A stretch of 64,000 nt of DNA from Thermoanaerobaculia bacterium. Its GTDB lineage: Bacteria > Acidobacteriota > Thermoanaerobaculia > Multivoradales > JAGPDF01. The stretch is taken from the NCBI GenBank assembly GCA_017998715.1, contig JAGOCP010000002.1:5429-69428 (forward strand), given 5' to 3'. Positions within the stretch are counted from its first letter, which is position 1. The number at the start of each line of letters is the position of its first letter. A program made the position numbers and the translations under genes. Below are positions 18,235 to 27,120 of this stretch, piece after piece. A model generated the notes under the pieces. It was not told the DNA's origin. It saw only the letters and a program-made list of their open reading frames with translations, and did not search any database.

Positions 18235-18263
18235 CCGGCCGTCCGCCGTTCCAAGCCCCCAAG

Positions 18264-19619
18264 GTGCTACCCATGACCCTGAGCTTCGCTCCGGAGCGCA
18301 TCGAGACCTGGCCGCTCGATCGCCTGAAGCCCTACGCCCGGAACGCGAAGACGCATGGGGCGGACCAGGTCGCGAAGATCGCCGCCTCGATGGCGAAGTT
18401 CGGCTGGACCAACCCGGTACTGGTCGCCGGCGACGGCGAGGTGATCGCTGGCCACGGCCGCATCCTCGCCGCCGCCGAGCTCGGGCTGACCGAGGCGCCG
18501 GTGATCGTGCTCGACCACCTGACCGAGGAAGAGCGGCAGGCGTACCGCATCAGCGACAACAAGCTGACCGAGCTTGGAGCGTGGGACGAGGCGCTGCTCG
18601 CTGCCGAGCTGCAGGCGCTGGCGGCCGACGACTTCGACCTGTCGCTCACCGGCTTCTCCGACGCCGAGCTCGACCAGCTGCTCGCCCTCGACGTGGGCGG
18701 CGGGACCACGGAGGGGCCGAGCGTTCCCCCGGTCGTGGTGCCCGAGCCGCCGCGCAACCCGGCGTCGCGGACGGGCGATCTCTGGATCCTCGGCGACCAC
18801 CGGCTGCTCTGCGGCGACAGCACCAGTGCCGCCGACGTGCGGCGGCTGATGAACGGCGAGCGGGCGGCGCTGTTCGCGACCGATCCGCCCTACCTCGTCG
18901 ACTACGACGGCTCGAACCATCCGACCCGCAACAAGGACTGGTCGCCCTCCTACGGCGTGACCTGGGACGACAGCTCGCAGGGCGCCGAGCTCTACGACGG
19001 GTTCATCCGTGCCGCCATCGACGAGGCGATCGCCGAGGACGCCGCCTGGTACTGCTGGCACGCCTCGCGCCGGCAGGCGATGCTCGAGGCCTGCTGGGAG
19101 AAGGCCGGCGCCTTCGTGCATCAGCAGATCATCTGGGTGAAGGACCGCGGGGTCCTCACCCGCTCGCACTACCTCTGGAAACACGAGCCCTGCTTCATGG
19201 GCTGGGTGCGTCCGCACCGTCCGCCGAAGGTCGCCGACGAGATGCTGGCTTCGACCTGGGTGATCCCGAGCCTCGCTGGCGAGGAGCGCCCCGACCACCC
19301 GACGCCGAAGCCGCTCGACTGCTTCGCCATCCCGATGCGCCAGCACTTGGCGCGCGGCGGGCTCTGCTACGAGCCGTTCTCGGGCTCTGGCTCGCAGATC
19401 ATGGCCGGGGAGGCGACCGGGCGGCGGGTCTTCGCGATGGAGATCAGCCCGGCCTATGTCGACGTGGCGGTCGAGCGCTGGCAGACCGAGACCGGGCGCG
19501 ACGCCACTCTCGACGGCGACGGCCGCAGCTTCGCCACGGTGAAGGTCGAGCGGCTCGGCGCCGACGCGGACGTGGAGCCCGCGGCCCCGAAGCGCTCGCC
19601 CAAGCCGCCGGCCGCGTGA
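18264..19619 (+). CDS. ParB/Srx-like nuclease domain fused to a beta-class N6-adenine/N4-cytosine DNA methyltransferase
   Basis: N-terminal ParB-like domain (PLDRLKPYARNAKTHGADQVAKIAASMAKFGWTNPVLV...AGHGR). Motif IV DPPY precedes motif I FSGSGS, which marks a beta-class amino-methyltransferase. Confidence 0.85.
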   Translation: MLPMTLSFAPERIETWPLDRLKPYARNAKTHGADQVAKIAASMAKFGWTNPVLVAGDGEVIAGHGRILAAAELGLTEAPVIVLDHLTEEERQAYRISDNKLTELGAWDEALLAAELQALAADDFDLSLTGFSDAELDQLLALDVGGGTTEGPSVPPVVVPEPPRNPASRTGDLWILGDHRLLCGDSTSAADVRRLMNGERAALFATDPPYLVDYDGSNHPTRNKDWSPSYGVTWDDSSQGAELYDGFIRAAIDEAIAEDAAWYCWHASRRQAMLEACWEKAGAFVHQQIIWVKDRGVLTRSHYLWKHEPCFMGWVRPHRPPKVADEMLASTWVIPSLAGEERPDHPTPKPLDCFAIPMRQHLARGGLCYEPFSGSGSQIMAGEATGRRVFAMEISPAYVDVAVERWQTETGRDATLDGDGRSFATVKVERLGADADVEPAAPKRSPKPPAA

Positions 19620-19626
19620 CCCTGCC

Positions 19627-20223
19627 ATGCGCATCCTCGTTGCCTGCGAGTTCTCGGGCGTGGTTCGCGACGCCTTCCGGGCGCGCGGCCATGACGCCGT
19701 GTCGTGCGACCTGCTGCCGAGTGAGCGGCCCGGTCCGCACATCGTCGGGGACGTCCGCGCCGTCCTGCATGATGGCTGGGATCTGCTGATCGCGCACCCG
19801 CCGTGCACCTTCCTCGCCAACAGCGGCGCCAAGCATCTTTACCTCGGATGCCGCCGGGAGAACGGCGCCGCCGGGGACCGCTGGGCCAACCTCGGGCACG
19901 CGGCGGCCTTCTTCCTCGACATGATTCGGGCGCCGATCCCGCGGGTCGCGGTCGAGAACCCGATCATGCTCGGGCATGTCCGGCGGCTCTTCGACATCCC
20001 GGCACCGTCTCAGACGATTCAACCCTGGCAGTTCGGGCACCCCGAGACCAAGGCGACCTGCCTCTGGCTCCGGAGCCTGCCGCGGCTGACGCCGGCGCAT
20101 CTCGTCGAGGGACGCGACGCCCGCGTGCACCGCGAGCCGCCGGGGCCTGATCGCTGGAGGAACCGGAGCCGGACCTATCCGGGCGTTGCCGCGGCGATGG
20201 CAGATCAATGGGGCGCTGCATGA
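19627..20223 (+). CDS. Compact (198-aa) C5-cytosine-methyltransferase-like protein carrying motif I/IV/VI look-alikes but no recognisable target-recognition domain
   Basis: CEFSGVV (motif I-like), HPPCTFLANSG (PC motif IV-like), VAVENP (ENV motif VI-like). It is too short for a canonical Dcm. Confidence 0.45.
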   Translation: MRILVACEFSGVVRDAFRARGHDAVSCDLLPSERPGPHIVGDVRAVLHDGWDLLIAHPPCTFLANSGAKHLYLGCRRENGAAGDRWANLGHAAAFFLDMIRAPIPRVAVENPIMLGHVRRLFDIPAPSQTIQPWQFGHPETKATCLWLRSLPRLTPAHLVEGRDARVHREPPGPDRWRNRSRTYPGVAAAMADQWGAA

Positions 20224-20675
20224 CGATCTGGACGATTAACGAGGTCGCCGCGGCCTGCGGACTGTCTCGCCACGAGATCAGCAAGTGGATCTCAAGGGGC
20301 GTGTTCCTGCCGAGCATGTCGACCCGCAAGGGAGAGTGGCGGCACTATGACTGGCGCGATGTGGTCTGCCTGGCGGTCATCGCTCAGCTCCGCCGAATCC
20401 CGATCGATACCGCCACGGCGCTGCGCTGCGCCGGAGACGAACTTCGCCGCGGCCTGGCGGGATACGAGAGCTTGCCGTCGGCCCCGATGCACTGGCTCGT
20501 TCGCGAGGTCGGTCGCGAGCGGCGAATGAGCTTCGAATCCGCCGATGCCGTCGCCGCTTCGCTCGCCGAGGCGCGCACGACCCTCGCGGTGGATGTGGCG
20601 CGGGTCGGGCGGGCGGCCCTGAACAGGCTCGAAGCGACGTCCGGCGCCGCAAGTAGGAAGCAGTCGCGATCGTGA
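20220..20675 (+). CDS. MerR-like HTH DNA-binding protein (possible regulator or excision-directionality factor)
   Basis: WTINEVAAACGLSRHEISKWISRGVFLP...GEWRHYDWRDVVCLAVIAQLRR follows the MerR HTH and wing pattern. Confidence 0.5.
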   Translation: MTIWTINEVAAACGLSRHEISKWISRGVFLPSMSTRKGEWRHYDWRDVVCLAVIAQLRRIPIDTATALRCAGDELRRGLAGYESLPSAPMHWLVREVGRERRMSFESADAVAASLAEARTTLAVDVARVGRAALNRLEATSGAASRKQSRS

Positions 20676-20787
20676 GCATCACCAGATCGCGTACGCTTCA
20701 ACGGCGTCGAGGCGCTGCCGGTGCGCGGTGTCGAACGAGTAGCCGCCGCCTGCGAGGGCGGCGGCTACCGACGCGGTGATCGACCGA

Positions 20788-20994
20788 TCAGGCGTCCGAG
20801 TTGCGGAGCGCGGCCTGTGTCGCCTTCCAGTCGACCCCGGCGTCGCTGAGGGCCTCGCGCAGCTCGGTGATGAGCCGCCAAGGGACGCGCGCCTCGTAGA
20901 CGTGCTCGTGCTTACGCACCGGCGGGTACGCTGCGATCGGCAGGGCGAGCCCGAGGATGCGATGCCGCGGGTCGGGACGGTCGGCGGGACTCAA
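20788..20994 (-). CDS. Hypothetical small protein, translationally coupled downstream of the DUF3489 gene
   Basis: 68-aa ORF with a 4-nt overlap with the upstream gene. Composition is not GC-shadow-like. Confidence 0.35.
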   Translation of the reverse strand: MSPADRPDPRHRILGLALPIAAYPPVRKHEHVYEARVPWRLITELREALSDAGVDWKATQAALRNSDA

Positions 20995-21659
20995 CGCCCC
21001 GCCTCCTGCGGCAGCCGGTAGACCCGGTCCTTGGCGCCCTCGGGCTTCTCCGAGGTGACGTTGAGACCGAGCTTCTTCTTCAGCGCCCCGGCGAAAAAGC
21101 CCCTGACGGTGTGAGCCGCCCAGTCGGTGGCTGCGACGATCTCGGCGATGGTCGCGCCCTCCTTGCGACGGAGCAGGGCGATCACCTGCTCCTGCTTGGT
21201 GCCGCTGCGGGTCTTCGGCGCAGGCGCGACCTCCGCGCCGGTGGGCGCGGTCTTCCGCGGCCGGCCCCGACGCTTCGGCGTCGCCTCGACCGGCGCCTCG
21301 TCGGCGTTCGTGGGCGCACCCGCGGCGGGCTCGCCGGCGGAGTTGGTTCCCTCGTTGAAGGCGTAGGGCACCGCCTCGGACTCGACGCCGATGGCGTCCG
21401 CGCCGGCCGCGGTGATGAAGAGCAGCACCCCGCGGCCGTCCGGCTCGGGGAGGTTGCGCCAGATCGTGTTCATCGCAGCGTCCGCCTTACGTGGGCTGTC
21501 GATGATGTGCTCGCGGATGAAACCGCGCGTGAGGAGCGCGGCCACCACCTTGGTGGCGGCCCCGCCGCGCAGGCTGCCCGGGAGCGGCAGCAGGTTGCCG
21601 TCGGCGCGCTGGGCGGCGGCAGAGAGGATGATCGACTGGGTGTCGGAGAGCTTGGTCAT
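20991..21659 (-). CDS. DUF3489-domain protein
   Basis: C-terminal KQEQVIALLRRKEGATIAEIVAATDWAAHTVRGFFAGALKKKLGLNV matches the DUF3489 signature (recollected). An N-terminal repeat of the same fold is likely. Confidence 0.6.
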   Translation of the reverse strand: MTKLSDTQSIILSAAAQRADGNLLPLPGSLRGGAATKVVAALLTRGFIREHIIDSPRKADAAMNTIWRNLPEPDGRGVLLFITAAGADAIGVESEAVPYAFNEGTNSAGEPAAGAPTNADEAPVEATPKRRGRPRKTAPTGAEVAPAPKTRSGTKQEQVIALLRRKEGATIAEIVAATDWAAHTVRGFFAGALKKKLGLNVTSEKPEGAKDRVYRLPQEAGR

Positions 21660-21759
21660 CGGGTCGTCCTTCATTGCGAGACGCGGGACCATCCCGCGCC
21701 TGCTACGACCCCGAGCCACGCATCCCGGCGGGAGCGCGGCGGAGCCGGAAGGGCGGCGA

Positions 21760-22137
21760 TCAGTAGGGAAGCTGGGCCATGATCGCGAAGTGGTTGGCGA
21801 GGCCGGTCAGGTAGGGGAGCCCCTTCGGGATCCCGGTCTCGCGGCTGGTCTTGCGGTCGATGCGCCACCCCATCCATCGGGCGATCGCGGCATCGATCGC
21901 CTCCTTCAGGGTCTCGCCCTTCGCGAGCTCGCCCGCGACATCGTCGGCGAAGTGGCGGCCGTGCCGGCTGTCGAGGAAGTCGCGCACCCCCTCGGACGAG
22001 GCGGTGGTCACCTCGGCGATCCGGCGGGAGGCGATGTCCCAGGCCTTCGCGGGGTCGGCGGCAGGGTCGTTCTCGATGCGGCCGATGGTGCCCCAGTAAC
22101 CCCATTCGGTGTTCCGGCTGGGCAGGATCGTGGTCAT
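21760..22137 (-). CDS. Hypothetical protein, first gene of the leftward three-gene cassette
   Basis: ORF MTTILPSRNTEWGYWGTIGRIENDP... with balanced composition. No assignable motif. Confidence 0.4.
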   Translation of the reverse strand: MTTILPSRNTEWGYWGTIGRIENDPAADPAKAWDIASRRIAEVTTASSEGVRDFLDSRHGRHFADDVAGELAKGETLKEAIDAAIARWMGWRIDRKTSRETGIPKGLPYLTGLANHFAIMAQLPY

Positions 22138-22239
22138 TGTCGTGCTCCATTCAAGCGTCTGCTTGACACCACACATGCTCGGTTCCGCGCACGATCCAAG
22201 TCGATAAGTGGATCATAAGATTGCTATTTTGGGGTCGCG

Positions 22240-22812
22240 ATGCAGGGCATGAGCGAGCGCGAGTACGCCGCCCGCGCCGGGCTCTCGCGCGGCGCGATCC
22301 AGAAGGCAAAGGCCGCCGGGCGGCTGGTGCTGTACGTCGACGGCTCGATCGATCCGGAGGCATCCGATGCGCGGCGCGCCGCCGCGACCGATCCGTCGAA
22401 GCAGCGCGTGGCTCCGTCGCCAACCTCGGCGCAGCCGAAGCTGAAGCCGGTGCCGAACGCCGCGCTCTCCGCGGTCGGCGACACCCTCCGGGAGCACGGG
22501 CTGCCGACGCCCTCCGGCGGCGGCGCGACCTTCCTGCAGGCGAAGACCGCCAACGAGGTGCTGAAGTCGCAGGAACGGCGGCTGAAGCTCCAGAAGCTGA
22601 AGGGCGAGCTGGTCGACCGCGCCCGGGCCGAGGCGCTGGTCTTCCGGCTCGCCCGCGAGACCCGCGACGCCTGGGTGAACTGGCCGGCCCGCGCCGCGGC
22701 GCTGATCGCCGCCGAGGTCGGGCTCGATCCCGCCGCCATGCAGAAGGTTCTCGAAGCCCATGTCCGAGCGCATCTCGACGAGCTCGCCGAGGCTCGGCTC
22801 GATCTCGGATGA
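22240..22812 (+). CDS. Terminase small subunit
   Basis: N-terminal HTH (MSEREYAARAGLSRGAIQKAKAAGRL). Sits immediately upstream of and overlaps the GpA-type large terminase. Confidence 0.65.
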   Translation: MQGMSEREYAARAGLSRGAIQKAKAAGRLVLYVDGSIDPEASDARRAAATDPSKQRVAPSPTSAQPKLKPVPNAALSAVGDTLREHGLPTPSGGGATFLQAKTANEVLKSQERRLKLQKLKGELVDRARAEALVFRLARETRDAWVNWPARAAALIAAEVGLDPAAMQKVLEAHVRAHLDELAEARLDLG

Positions 22813-24757
22813 CGACCCGATCCTGGCGTTCGACGGGGCCGCGGCGTTGTTGCGCGCCTGGGGCGGCGGGCTGAAGCCCGATCCGCTGCTCACCGTGTCG
22901 GAATGGGCCGACCGCTACCGCATGCTGAGTTCGCGGGCCGCCGCCGAGCCCGGGCGCTACCGCACCCGGCGCACGCCGTACATGAAGGACATCATGGACG
23001 CGCTCTCGCCGGGGCATCCGGCGCAGCGGATCGTCTTCATGAAGGCTGCACAGGTCGGTGCCACGGAGGCTGGAAGCTGTTTTTTGGGCTTCATCATTCA
23101 CCAGGCGCCGGGACCGGCGCTGGCGGTACAGCCGACCGTCGAGCTCGCCAAGAGGAACTCGCGGCAGCGGATCGATCCCTTGATCGAGGAGAGCCCGGCG
23201 CTGCGGGACAAGGTGAAGCCGGCCCGCTCGCGCGACGCCGGCAACACCATGCTGTCGAAGGAGTTCGCCGGCGGCATCCTGATCATGACCGGGGCCAACT
23301 CGGCGGTCGGGCTGCGCTCGACCCCGGCGCGCTACATCTTCCTCGACGAGGTCGACGCCTATCCCGCCTCGGTCGACGAGGAAGGCGATCCGGTCTCGCT
23401 CGCCGAGGCGCGGTCGCTGACCTTCGCCCACCGGCGCAAGGTTTTCCTCGCCTCGACCCCGACGATCCGGGGCTTGAGCCGGATCGAGCGCGAGTACGAG
23501 GCGAGCGACCAGCGGCGCTACTTCGTCGCCTGCCCGCTCTGCGCCACGTCGCAGTGGCTGAAGTTCGAGCGGCTGCGCTGGGAGAAGGGCAAGCCCGAGA
23601 CCGCCGCCTACGCTTGCGAGAGCTGCGACGCCGCGATCGCCGAGCACCACAAGACCGCCATGCTCGAAGGCGGCGAGTGGCGGGCGACGGCGACTTCGGC
23701 CGATCCTTCGACGATCGGCTTCCACCTCTCGGCGCTCTACTCGCCGGCGGGGTGGCTGAGCTGGGAGCGGATCGCCCGGGCGTGGGAGGCCGCACAGGGT
23801 TCGGACGAGGCGATCCGCGCCTTTCGCAACACCATCCTCGGCGAGACCTGGGTCGAGACCGGCGAGGCGCCGGACTGGCGGCGGCTCTACGACCGGCGGG
23901 AAACGTGGCCCGCGGGCACCGTCCCGGAGGGCGGCCTCTTCCTGACCGCCGGCGCCGACGTACAGAAGGACCGGATCGAGGTCGACGTCTGGGCCTGGGG
24001 CCGCGGGCTGGAGAGCTGGCTCGTCGATCATGTCGTCATCGACGGCGGGCCGGAGCACCACGCCGGCTGGGATGCGCTCGCCCAGGTGCTAGGCCGCACC
24101 TGGCCGCACGCCAGCGGCGCTGGTCTGCAGATCGCGCGCCTCGCCGTCGACACCGGCTACGAGGCGCCTGCGGTCTATGCCTGGTCGCGGCGGCAGGGCT
24201 TCGCGCAGGTCGCGCCGGTGAAGGGCGTCGAGGGCTTCAACCGGGCGAGCCCGGTGTCGGGCCCGACCTACGTCGACGTCACCGACGGCGGCCGTCGTCT
24301 CCGGCGCGGCGCCCGGCTGTGGACTGTGGCGGTCTCGACCTTCAAGGCCGAGACCTACCGCTTCCTGCGGCTCGACCGCCCGACGGCGGAGGAGCTGGCC
24401 GCCGGTGCATCGTTTGCGCCGGGCACGGTGCATCTGCCGGACTGGGTCGAGTCCGAGTGGCTGAAGCAGTTCGTCGCCGAGCAGCTGGTTACGGTGAAGA
24501 CGAAGCGCGGCTTCGCCCGGCTCGAATGGCAGAAGCTCCGCGAGCGGAACGAGGCGCTCGACACCCGGGTCTACGCCCGCGCCGCCGCCTGGATCGCCGG
24601 CGCCGACCGCTGGTCCGAGGCGCGCTGGGCCGACCTGGAGGCGCAGCTGGGGACGGGCGGCGATGATGACAAGGCCGCGCCGCCGGCCGCCGGCACGGTG
24701 CGGCCCGTCCGCCACGTGCTGCGCCGGCGCAGCGTTCGATCCAGCTACATGGGGTGA
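22760..24757 (+). CDS. Terminase large subunit, lambda GpA family
   Basis: LTVSEWADRYRMLS...MKAAQVGATEAGSCFLGFII (Walker A-like) and the C-terminal nuclease region are collinear with GpA-type terminases. Confidence 0.9.
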   Translation: MSERISTSSPRLGSISDDDPILAFDGAAALLRAWGGGLKPDPLLTVSEWADRYRMLSSRAAAEPGRYRTRRTPYMKDIMDALSPGHPAQRIVFMKAAQVGATEAGSCFLGFIIHQAPGPALAVQPTVELAKRNSRQRIDPLIEESPALRDKVKPARSRDAGNTMLSKEFAGGILIMTGANSAVGLRSTPARYIFLDEVDAYPASVDEEGDPVSLAEARSLTFAHRRKVFLASTPTIRGLSRIEREYEASDQRRYFVACPLCATSQWLKFERLRWEKGKPETAAYACESCDAAIAEHHKTAMLEGGEWRATATSADPSTIGFHLSALYSPAGWLSWERIARAWEAAQGSDEAIRAFRNTILGETWVETGEAPDWRRLYDRRETWPAGTVPEGGLFLTAGADVQKDRIEVDVWAWGRGLESWLVDHVVIDGGPEHHAGWDALAQVLGRTWPHASGAGLQIARLAVDTGYEAPAVYAWSRRQGFAQVAPVKGVEGFNRASPVSGPTYVDVTDGGRRLRRGARLWTVAVSTFKAETYRFLRLDRPTAEELAAGASFAPGTVHLPDWVESEWLKQFVAEQLVTVKTKRGFARLEWQKLRERNEALDTRVYARAAAWIAGADRWSEARWADLEAQLGTGGDDDKAAPPAAGTVRPVRHVLRRRSVRSSYMG

Positions 24758-25372
24758 TCAGGCCTTCCGGCCCCGGCGGCCGCTGCGGTGGCTGGCGAGC
24801 GGGCCCTTGCGCCGGTCGGCGATCATGGAGAGCACGACACGGATGTGGCGCTCGTCGATGTCGTCGGGATCGAAAGGGCCACCGTACCACTCGAGCATCC
24901 GGGCATGCTCTTCATGGGTGGGGTCGAGCATAGCTTCCAGGAAGTCCATGAAGCCATAGGCGCCGCCGACGTCCTCGGGCGGCCCGCGGCGGGCGCCATC
25001 CACGAAGGCGGGGTAGTCGATGTCGGCTGCACCGTCGCGGACGTCCTCGATGATCACGCCGTGTCGCCAGTCGTCGCCGAAGTCGTAGGCATAGACGAAC
25101 CGCCCGATGCCGCGATCAACGAGGGTCTTCAGGCGGATGCTCTTTGCCTGATGGACCTTGCGCTCGTAGAGCGCGTCTTCGGGGTCCGGCTCGCCGTAGA
25201 CCTTGTCGCCGACGACGAACTCGAAGAGATGGGCGTCCTTCCAGCCCATCGCCACCTGGATGATGTCGTGCAGCGCGAAGAGCGTCACGGACAGCGGCAC
25301 GTCGACGCGCCGCCAGATCTTCGGCTCGATCTCCTGCAGCTCGATCCGGATGCGGGCGATCGGCTCGATCAT
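24758..25372 (-). CDS. pRiA4b ORF-3-like family protein (moron inserted antisense between the terminase and gpW genes)
   Basis: MIEPIARIRIELQEIEPKIWRRVDVPLSVTLFALHDIIQVAMGWKDAHLFEF matches the plasmid pRiA4b ORF-3 family signature (recollected). Its stop abuts the terminase stop in the palindrome TGATCA. Confidence 0.65.
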   Translation of the reverse strand: MIEPIARIRIELQEIEPKIWRRVDVPLSVTLFALHDIIQVAMGWKDAHLFEFVVGDKVYGEPDPEDALYERKVHQAKSIRLKTLVDRGIGRFVYAYDFGDDWRHGVIIEDVRDGAADIDYPAFVDGARRGPPEDVGGAYGFMDFLEAMLDPTHEEHARMLEWYGGPFDPDDIDERHIRVVLSMIADRRKGPLASHRSGRRGRKA

Positions 25373-25416
25373 CGACGGCGTCCTCTCTGAACCCTGACCC
25401 TACCGGGCGACCCACC

Positions 25417-25632
25417 ATGGCATCAATCGCCGAGCTGAAGTCTCGCCGCGAGGCGCTGTCGGCCTCGCGCGCCAGCGGCGTGGCGCGGGTCAGCTACGAC
25501 GGCCGCACCGTCGACTACCGCAGCATGGCCGAGATCGATCGGGCGATCGAGGCGCTCGACCGCGAGATCGCCGCCGCGGAGGGCCGGCCGATCGTGCGGC
25601 AGGTCCGCGTGACTGCGACGAAGGGCCTCTGA
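25417..25632 (+). CDS. Head-tail joining protein gpW-like
   Basis: 71 aa. Lies between the GpA terminase and the portal gene, exactly as in lambda. Residue pattern SRREALSASRASGVARVSYDGRTVDYRSMAEIDRAIEAL parallels lambda W. Confidence 0.65.
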   Translation: MASIAELKSRREALSASRASGVARVSYDGRTVDYRSMAEIDRAIEALDREIAAAEGRPIVRQVRVTATKGL

Positions 25633-25635
25633 CCG

Positions 25636-27117
25636 ATGGGCATCCTCGACGCCTTCCGCCGGCGGGGTCCCGGCGGCGACCCCGCGGCCGTGCGCGCCCG
25701 GCTCGAAGGCGCGATGGCGAAGCGCCGCCTCCGCGGCTGGCAGCCGCCACTGGAGAACCTCAACTCGCTGGTCGCCTCGGGCGGCCCCAGGCTGCTCGCC
25801 CGCGCACGCGAGCTCGTGGTCAGCAACGGTTACGCCGCCAACGCCTGCGAGGCCTTCGCCGCCAACCTGGTCGGCGACGGCATCAAGCCGTCGTCGCTGA
25901 TCGAGGACGCGGAGGTGCGCGATCGCGTCCAGCGGCTCTGGCTCGCCTGGACCGACGAGGCCGACGCCGACGGGCTGACCGACTTCTACGGCCTGCAGGC
26001 GATGGTCGCCCGCGAGATGTTCGTCGCCGGCGAATGCTTCGTTCGGCTCCGCCCGCGCCGGGCCGAGGACGGCCTGCTGGTGCCCCTGCAGCTGCAGCTG
26101 TTGCAGTCGGAGATGCTGCCGTTCGAGAAGACCGAGGACCTCGGCGGCGGCCGCCGCATCCGCTGCGGCATCGAGTTCGACGCGATCGGTCGGCGGCTCG
26201 CCTACCACTTCCGCCGCCGGCACCCGGGCGACAGCACGGATCGCGGGTCTCCCATCCCTGAGATGGTGCGCGTGCCGGCGAGCGAGGTGCTCCACATCTA
26301 TCGCCCGATCGATGCCGGCCAGATCAGGGGGCTGCCGCATGTTGCTCCGGCGATGGTGCGGCTGTTCCTGCTCGACCAGTACGACGACGCCGAGCTCGAC
26401 CGGAAGAAGACCGCGGCGATGTTCGCGGGCTTCATCACCAAGACCGCTCCCGAGGAGGCGCTGCTCGGCGAAACGCAGGTCGCCGACGACGGCACGTCCA
26501 CGGCGAGCCTGGAACCCGGCACCCTACAGGTGCTGCTGCCCGGCGAGGACGTGAAGTTCTCGGCGCCGGCGGACGTCGGCGGCGGCTACGAGGCGTTCCA
26601 GTACCGGACGCTCCTCGGGGTCTCGGCCTCGCTCGGGCTGCCGTATCACCTGGTCACCGGCGACGTGCGTCAGGCCAACTACTCGAGCCTGCGCGCCGAG
26701 CTCGTCGAGTTCCGCCGCCGGGTCGAGCAGCTGCAGCACGGGGTGATCGCCCACCAGCTCTGCCGCCCGATCTGGGCGCGGTGGATGGAGGCGGCGGTGC
26801 TCGTGGGCGCCCTCGATCTGCCCGGCTACGCCTCGGCTCCGGCGCGCTGGCGCGCCGTGCAGTGGATCCCGCCGCGCTGGGACTGGGTCGATCCCTTGAA
26901 GGACATCCAGGCGCAGGTGCTGGCGATCGACGCCGGGCTGCTCTCGCGGCGGAAGGCGGTCGAAGCGACCGGCTACGACATCGAGGAGATCGACCGCGAG
27001 AACGCGGCGGACGCTGCCCGGGCCAACGAACTCGGCCTCGGCTACCGCACGAAGCCCGGCGAGACCCAGGGCGCGCGGGCGACGCCCGAGCGGACCCCCG
27101 ACACCGAAGAGGAGTAG
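25636..27117 (+). CDS. Portal protein (lambda gpB family)
   Basis: 493 aa, position after W, conserved portal blocks (LQAMVAREMFVAGECFVRLRPRR...LPYHLVTGDVRQANYSSLRAELVEFRR). Confidence 0.9.
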   Translation: MGILDAFRRRGPGGDPAAVRARLEGAMAKRRLRGWQPPLENLNSLVASGGPRLLARARELVVSNGYAANACEAFAANLVGDGIKPSSLIEDAEVRDRVQRLWLAWTDEADADGLTDFYGLQAMVAREMFVAGECFVRLRPRRAEDGLLVPLQLQLLQSEMLPFEKTEDLGGGRRIRCGIEFDAIGRRLAYHFRRRHPGDSTDRGSPIPEMVRVPASEVLHIYRPIDAGQIRGLPHVAPAMVRLFLLDQYDDAELDRKKTAAMFAGFITKTAPEEALLGETQVADDGTSTASLEPGTLQVLLPGEDVKFSAPADVGGGYEAFQYRTLLGVSASLGLPYHLVTGDVRQANYSSLRAELVEFRRRVEQLQHGVIAHQLCRPIWARWMEAAVLVGALDLPGYASAPARWRAVQWIPPRWDWVDPLKDIQAQVLAIDAGLLSRRKAVEATGYDIEEIDRENAADAARANELGLGYRTKPGETQGARATPERTPDTEEE

Positions 27118-27120
27118 AGC

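Noticed and set aside
22151-24061. 636-aa minus-strand ORF and several overlapping plus-strand ORFs
   Set aside because: Shadows of the terminase genes. The GpA-type terminase frame is unambiguous.
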